Positions 58,300 through 64,000 of a DNA stretch of 64,000 nt are shown piece after piece. Source of the DNA: an uncultured candidate division Zixibacteria bacterium (GTDB lineage Bacteria > Zixibacteria > MSB-5A5 > GN15 > PGXB01). The position numbers were made by a program, and so were the translations under genes. Numbering within the stretch: position 1 is the stretch's first letter; each line of letters starts with the position of its first letter. The DNA is taken from positions 800,001 through 864,000 of the forward strand of contig OY969724.1 of assembly GCA_963702205.1 (NCBI GenBank), given 5' to 3'. Under the pieces are notes generated by a model that saw nothing but the letters and a program-made list of their open reading frames with translations, was not told the origin of the DNA and ran no database searches.

Positions 58300-61200
58300 C
58301 TATTTCCTTAACGGTCCGCCGCAGGAGCCGAGCCACCTGTCACAGGAGCATGGGGCCGGTCCTGGCGGGCTGTTATAAAGATTAGCAATCATATAGAGAA
58401 TATCAATCAGGTCCACCTGACAATCGCAGTTGACGTCTCCGGAACAGATACGGTACGGAACCGGAGGTGGTCCGGCCGGTGATCCGTATTTATAAGCTAT
58501 GACGTACAGTATGTCGACCAGGTTAAACGTTCCGTCATTGTTGGCATCGCCGGGCATGCAGTCGCACGGCGACGGATCGCCGGTGATAACAAATGACAGA
58601 TCCATGGAAACGTCGAAGAGAGGCGGTTTGTGCAAATCGACCCAGAGGTCTACGTCGGCTCCGCCCTGGTTGACTCGAACCGGGCCGCCCTGGGTTGTAC
58701 CACCGAATCCTTCGAGGGCCGAACCGGGTGCCCCGGAAAATTCAATCTGGTAGGTAATGTCGAAGAAGCTGTCCACACGCCAGTTGCCACCGTACAGCCT
58801 GGTAAGTGTGGTGTGACCGGGCGACGGTAATCCGAAGTCATTACCGGCTCTTAATTGGAGAAGATCAAAGTCGGGATCGCCGAACAGGCCGCCTCCGGTC
58901 AGGTTCATACTGAGAATTTCGGTCGGGATTTCCTGGTGAATGGGATCGGGTGGGAAGTCCGGAATCCTGACCACAAAATCGGTTGAAGTAGAAATTGATC
59001 TGGCGAACGTAGGCAAAGCCCCGGTGCCCTGCATTATGAGATTGGTTTGTGCCGTAAAGCTGACAATCTTCTCACCCGGTTTAGAGCCATCCTGGACGAC
59101 TACGTTTGTGAAGTTGTCGAAGGTCGGTCTGACTTCTATAGTAGTTCCCTCCGGCAATCCATTCGAAATAACCATAGGGCTATCGGCCGGGAAGAAAGGA
59201 CAAGGCGCCGGGAAGTCGATCGTCCCAGCTCCGTTATCGGGATCAACACAAACGTCGGAGGTTGTCAGGCCCCAGGCGGCATCGTCGTTGAATTGCTCGA
59301 TCGACGATTTCCATCCCCAGCGTTCAGGAGTGGCCTGATCTTCGGGGATGGCTGAGATGTCCAGCCAATAGATTGTTCCCTGATCCTGCCAGAACCATTG
59401 GTCTTTCTTCAAATATATATCGGTACTGATAGTACTGCTGATGGTTGTCGGGAATGAAGACCTGGGTGGCCGGGTCATAAAAGCCCTCGAACGATTCATG
59501 CGACAGCGGGGTCGTATTGAAATCGCTGATGGTGTATTCCCAGAGGAGTTTGCCGGGTCGGCTGTACGGAATACCATCGGTACCGGCCGGAATATCTTCG
59601 TGAATACTGACGGAGAAAGCAGCTATTATTCCGGGCTGGCCGTCGAGCCATGAACCCCAGAAGTGTATGTCCTTAACCCAACCGGTCTCCGAACATTGCC
59701 AATCGTCGGCCAGAACTTCGGGGAAGGTGGCATTGACATCCCAGCCGAGCGTATCCGGAAGCTGCGGGAAGTGCATCTTGTGGGGATCACCGGGATTCCA
59801 GGTTTCGCAGGCGTCGTCCATGCCGTTGCCGTTATTGTCGCCCAGGCAGGTACTGCCGGCACCGTGCCAGGTACCGCCTACGGCAAGACAATCGTTTTCG
59901 AGCATTATGGCGCAGGCGCCGTCCTGTGTGCAGCAGGCACCTTCCTGAGGTTCACAGGCATCATCGACGCCATCGCCGTCAAGATCACCGAGACATGAGG
60001 TCCCGTCACCCTGATAGACGCCGCCGCGGTTAATGCAGTCGGTTTCGGTAAATACGAGACATGTACCATCGGGCAGACAGCAGGCACCGAATGGCGGGTC
60101 TTCACAAGCGTCGTCGATACCGTTGGCCGGGCTGACGTCACCCGCGCACGAAGTTCCATCACCCTTGTATGTTCCGCCCTTGTTGGCGCAATCGGTTGGA
60201 TTGAATACGAAACAGCTTCCATCCGGCAAACAACAGGCTCCGAATGGCGGGTCTTCGCAGGCATCGTCGATTCCGTTGGCCGGGCTGATATCGCCCTGAC
60301 AGCTCGTTCCGTCTCCCTTGTATGATCCGCCCGATGCATCGCAGTCCGCTTCCGGCACGACGGAACAGGTTCCATCCTGGAAACAGCACGCCCCGGTTGG
60401 CGGGGTGTTTGGATCGCCGGTAACCACGAAAGCCAGATCGAGCGAAACCGGGTCGCCTTTACAATCGTGTACAATAACACCGTTTTGTATGTTGAAATTT
60501 CGCCCCCGGACGTCTATCGACACCCATTCCGGATTATAGTCGGGCAGCGTAATATCGAATGAATAATGGCCCCCAAACGTTGTTTCGGAAAGCAGGACCT
60601 GTCTTCCTATGTAAAGCGCCTCATCCTCACCGGGCAAAGGAGGAGCGCTGTCGGAAGGCAGCTGGTCGATCGACCAGGCATCGGTAGACCAGTTGATGGC
60701 CAGCTCCAGCGTTGGCGGCAGTCCCGGATCGATTACGAAGGCATCGAATTCGATGTGAGCTTCTTTATATCGATCGGGATCAAAAGGATGATCATAAAAC
60801 CAGATATTTTTCCAGTTCGACGGATAATCGTACCAACCGTCGCCGTAAAAATCAGTGCCGGTGGCGCTGGTTGTAGTGCCTGATGGGTCGACCGAAATGG
60901 AAAAATTATTTATCTTTGGGCCGGCCGATCCGGACCCCGGTTCATAAAGCTCGGTCCAGTTTTCGTTATCGGCCAACGCCCAGACAGCATCATCGTTAAA
61001 ATGATTCATGGTCGATTTCCAGCCCCATTTCGCATTATTGGGACTGGCCGTCACCGCGCTGATGCTCAGCCAGTAAACTGTCCCCTGCTCCTGTGGAAAC
61101 CAGTCGGTTTGATCGAGACAATAATTGTAGAAGAAGTATTGTTGATGATTGTTGTTCAGGATTTCACCGGTGGTCGGGTCGAACCATCCTTCAAACGATT

Positions 61201-61582
61201 GGGAAGTGTATATGATTCCGTCAAATCCGGGGATGTCCCTTTCCCACAGCAGAGCGCCGGGGTGGCTATATATGCCCGCCGCCGGATCGCCGGGGATATC
61301 TTCATAAATTTTTATGACGAAGCTGTTTATGACATCCTGAACTCCGTTACGCCAGGATCCCCACCAGTGGATATCCTTGATATACCCGGTCTCGGAGCAC
61401 TGCCAGTCATCGGCGAGCACGACCGGATAGGTGGCGTTAACATCCCAGCCAAAGGTGTCCGGCAGTTGGGGATAGTGCATTTTGTAAGGATCCCCTTCCT
61501 GCCAGAAGCAGTTGGCCTGGGCCATGACGCTGGCGCCAAGCAACAGCAGAATAAGGCACCAACCAAAACTCCTTTTTGTCAT
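58300..61582 (-). CDS. Large secreted protein with duplicated KMHxPQLPD..LADDWQC domain, GACC repeats and dockerin; frameshift at ~59422
   Basis: Internal duplicate (QQYFFYNYCLDQTDWF vs QQYYQY|DIYLKKDQWF) fixes the join of ORFs 59324-61582 and 58300-59577. Confidence 0.85.
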
Positions 61583-61620
61583 TTCTTCCTCCTGAAGTTT
61601 GTTTATTTAGGTTCTATTGC

Positions 61621-62700
61621 TTATTTGCAGCCGCAATCGGGATCGTCACAGTCGACCAGCCCGTCGCAGTCGTTATCGATGCCGTCGTCACAAATCTCCG
61701 TCGCTCCGGGATTGATGGTTGCATCGCTGTCATCACAATCCGGCGAGGTGCAGCAGGGACCGCCAACGCCGTAACCGTCGCCATCGGCGTCGATCGTACA
61801 ACCGCAATCAGGATCGTCACAATCGGTCAGGCCGTCGCAGTCGTTATCGATGCCGTCGTCACAAATCTCCGTCGCCCCAGGGTTGACGGAAGCATCGTTG
61901 TCGTCACAGTCCGGCACACTGCAACACGCGGTGCCTTCCGCTCCGTAGCCGTCGTTATCCGCGTCGGTGCAGCCGCAATCGAAATCATCACAATCGATAA
62001 AGCCGTCACAGTCGTTGTCGATACCGTCGCCGCAAATTTCGGCCGCTCCCGGGTTGGCGCTGGCATCAGAGTCGTCGCAATCGGCGGGTTGCCCGTCGGT
62101 ATCGTCCGGATCGCTGGGGTCGCACCGATCATAGCCGTCGTTGTCGAGGTCGGCGCACTTGTCCGGACCGCAGAAACCACCGCCGTCGAGCTGGGCCCAG
62201 CGAGTTCCGTCACAGTAACACGGCTCGTTCTGGGTACCATCGTAGTACAAACTGCCCTGGCGGGAATTGTCGCACGGGGGTGGTGAATCGGTCGCGATCA
62301 GCTGCAAAGAGCGGGCATTGTACGCGTATGGCACGGACACCAGCTGCATGCGGGGGGAGATTTCTTCACCATCGACGGTAATGCTCAAAAACCGGTCCGG
62401 ACGGTTGAAAACGGTGTCGGGCAGACCGGCCACCGACCCCAGCAGAACCGCGCACAATCCATCGGTGACCGTAACCGATGAATGGGTCTCCGACCATTTC
62501 TCATCACCGCCGGTCGGTGCGTCCCATATTTTAAATATGAGTTCGTAGGACCCGTCCGGAACGGGGGCGCCGAGATTGTCGGTGATGCGCCCCTGATAAT
62601 TGATCAATTCCGGGATATCGGCCATCGATCTCATTGGAGTCAAAAGCGCGGCCATCAGCGCGGCAAGCGCGATAGACGGCAAAATCACTTTTCGTTTCAT
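61621..62700 (-). CDS. Secreted PELINYQG-domain protein with MopE-like putative metal-binding repeats
   Basis: Three DCDD..NPGA.EIC.DGIDNDCDG repeats. Confidence 0.85.
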   Translation of the reverse strand: MKRKVILPSIALAALMAALLTPMRSMADIPELINYQGRITDNLGAPVPDGSYELIFKIWDAPTGGDEKWSETHSSVTVTDGLCAVLLGSVAGLPDTVFNRPDRFLSITVDGEEISPRMQLVSVPYAYNARSLQLIATDSPPPCDNSRQGSLYYDGTQNEPCYCDGTRWAQLDGGGFCGPDKCADLDNDGYDRCDPSDPDDTDGQPADCDDSDASANPGAAEICGDGIDNDCDGFIDCDDFDCGCTDADNDGYGAEGTACCSVPDCDDNDASVNPGATEICDDGIDNDCDGLTDCDDPDCGCTIDADGDGYGVGGPCCTSPDCDDSDATINPGATEICDDGIDNDCDGLVDCDDPDCGCK

Positions 62701-62752
62701 CTATATTCTCCTCGTTATTGTGTTGGCGTTTTAATATTCAATAATGCTGCAA

Positions 62753-63313
62753 TCAACTCGGGCATATCGGGGCGGGTCCGGCGGGGGAACCGTAAACGTA
62801 GTCGATGGTGTATAGGATGTCGAGCAGGTTGACCGTATGATCTCCGTTGGCATCCAGCAGTTCATCGCATCCGTTGGGATTGGGCGGATCGCCGAATGCT
62901 CCGTTGTACACGTATGATATCGTAAACAGGATATCGAGCAAGTTTATGAGATGGTCGCTGTTGGCGTCTCCGGGTGTGCCCCACGCCTGACAGCAGTTCC
63001 CGGCTCCACCGGAGAAATCCTGCCAGAAGCCGTGGCGGATACCATAAGAAGAAGACGTCCCGGACCCGGAAGCGGTTTGCCCGACGGTACTGCCGAGCGT
63101 GTAATTGGCCGACGAGCCGCTATTTGTTCCTCCCGATGAAATGACCTGCCAGTTGATTTGTTCGCCGGCGGCGACGTCGGACGTTGTCTGGTCGGACGTA
63201 TTATCTGATGGCCTTTCAGACACGTCTGGTGCTACCGGGTCGGACAGCACCGGCACCGACATGATGGTAATCAGGACTATCACGGCGCCGCATAATAAAT
63301 ATTTTCGTGACAT
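62753..63313 (-). CDS. Small secreted WQVISSGG...GFWQ domain plus dockerin protein
   Basis: GGGAGG RBS before ATG 63313; GDANSDHLINLLDILF dockerin; paralog of 47512-48004. Confidence 0.85.
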   Translation of the reverse strand: MSRKYLLCGAVIVLITIMSVPVLSDPVAPDVSERPSDNTSDQTTSDVAAGEQINWQVISSGGTNSGSSANYTLGSTVGQTASGSGTSSSYGIRHGFWQDFSGGAGNCCQAWGTPGDANSDHLINLLDILFTISYVYNGAFGDPPNPNGCDELLDANGDHTVNLLDILYTIDYVYGSPAGPAPICPS

Positions 63314-63332
63314 ACTTTGCCTCCCTAAAGAG

Positions 63333-64000
63333 TTATCTGGCATCGGCCAGTTTTGATTCAGGTTTGGTATTTGAGTTATGGGCCAACATCGTCTCAACCA
63401 GTGTGGTTAAATGGTCCACCCTCGCCTGCAGCAGTTCGTTTTCGGATTTTAATTGCTTGATCGCTTCCACGAGCACAGGTGTAACACGTCCATAATCCAC
63501 CGAATAATACCCGTCGGAGCCCCGGGAGACTACTTCGGGCAGGGTTTGCATGATCTCCTGAGCAATAAACCCAACCTGACGTTTGTTATTGAAATGCTTT
63601 TCAGGATATTCGTCCCGGCGCCAGTCGAACCGAACCCCGCGCAGTCTTGACACGGCCTCGAGAGCATTGCCGATGGGCTCGACATTTTTTTTGAAACGTC
63701 CGTCAGAACAGGGTCCGATCGTTCCCGTGGCGCAAATGTCGCCGTCAACCGTAAGTTTGAAAGTCGGTGTTGGCGTGCCAAGACCGACCATTGTTCCCGG
63801 ATTCTGGGCCAGGAGGCAGGTTCCCACGGCAGTCAGGGCCCCGGTCGGGGTGACCTCGGTACTGCACCTGCATCGTGGATTCGTCTGTCAATTTTAAGCC
63901 TGTTGAACCGCTTGCTTCGAGCACGTGGGGTATAGACCACGAGCGCAAGCCCGAAGGAGAAATGGCCGCCGAATCCGAACTGCCTGAGGACGGAGATATA
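63333..64000 (-). CDS. Tail-fibre-like protein C-terminus with peptidase S74 intramolecular chaperone (partial; frameshift at ~63859)
   Basis: SDGRFKKNV, GFIAQE, VDYGRVTPVLVEAIKQL; upstream frame open to window end. Confidence 0.85.

Larger units (their letters stand above)
28252..64000. mobile_element. Putative tandem array of tRNA-Glu-anchored islets (integrase not seen; right end outside window)
   Basis: Four att-like junctions, all intergenic and at cargo boundaries. Confidence 0.6.

Noticed and set aside
16608..63863. Programmed +1 frameshifting at TAC-C as the main explanation
   Set aside because: No plausible tRNA re-pairing, one case is an A on the non-coding strand, and in-frame GAG TAC CAG is read normally in the S8 gene; kept only as an alternative
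48060..64000. Prophage suggested by tail-fibre-like and S74 domains
   Set aside because: No capsid, terminase, portal or integrase genes; the complete fibre-like proteins have Sec signal peptides

Overview
Bacterial chromosomal window. The many secreted proteins ending in dockerin-like 'GDAN..VNLIDILYLI.Y.Y..PPGP.P.C' repeats or 'QNxPNPFNP' FlgD/T9SS-A-type tails suggest an FCB-group organism such as candidate division Zixibacteria (inference only). 1-12.7 kb is mostly housekeeping: yihY, two mscS, corA, purine nucleoside phosphorylase, divIVA, yggS, two ferritin/rubrerythrin-like genes, alr, rex and a TPR protein, interrupted by AT-rich ORFans and REP-like hairpins. 12.9-28 kb holds a candidate 6S-like RNA, dockerin/FG-GAP proteins, tandemly duplicated promoter-propeller-amidase units and an S8 protease. 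The main observation: the 3' end of tRNA-Glu (28184-28257) and its flanking arms recur at about 33576, 42336 and 58113. These junctions split everything downstream into att-bounded modules of 5.3, 8.8, 15.8 and >5.8 kb, none with a visible integrase. Cargo: (1) a giant dockerin protein; (2) a sigma54-controlled compact Hmc-like redox complex with an NrfD-hexaheme fusion; (3) an ECF sigma/anti-sigma/PrsW module with a Met-rich 9-aa-repeat protein, plus fibre/dockerin genes; (4) further fibre/dockerin genes. Several genes have 1-bp frameshifts. Five lie directly 3' of AGTAC, probably a motif-linked sequencing artefact.
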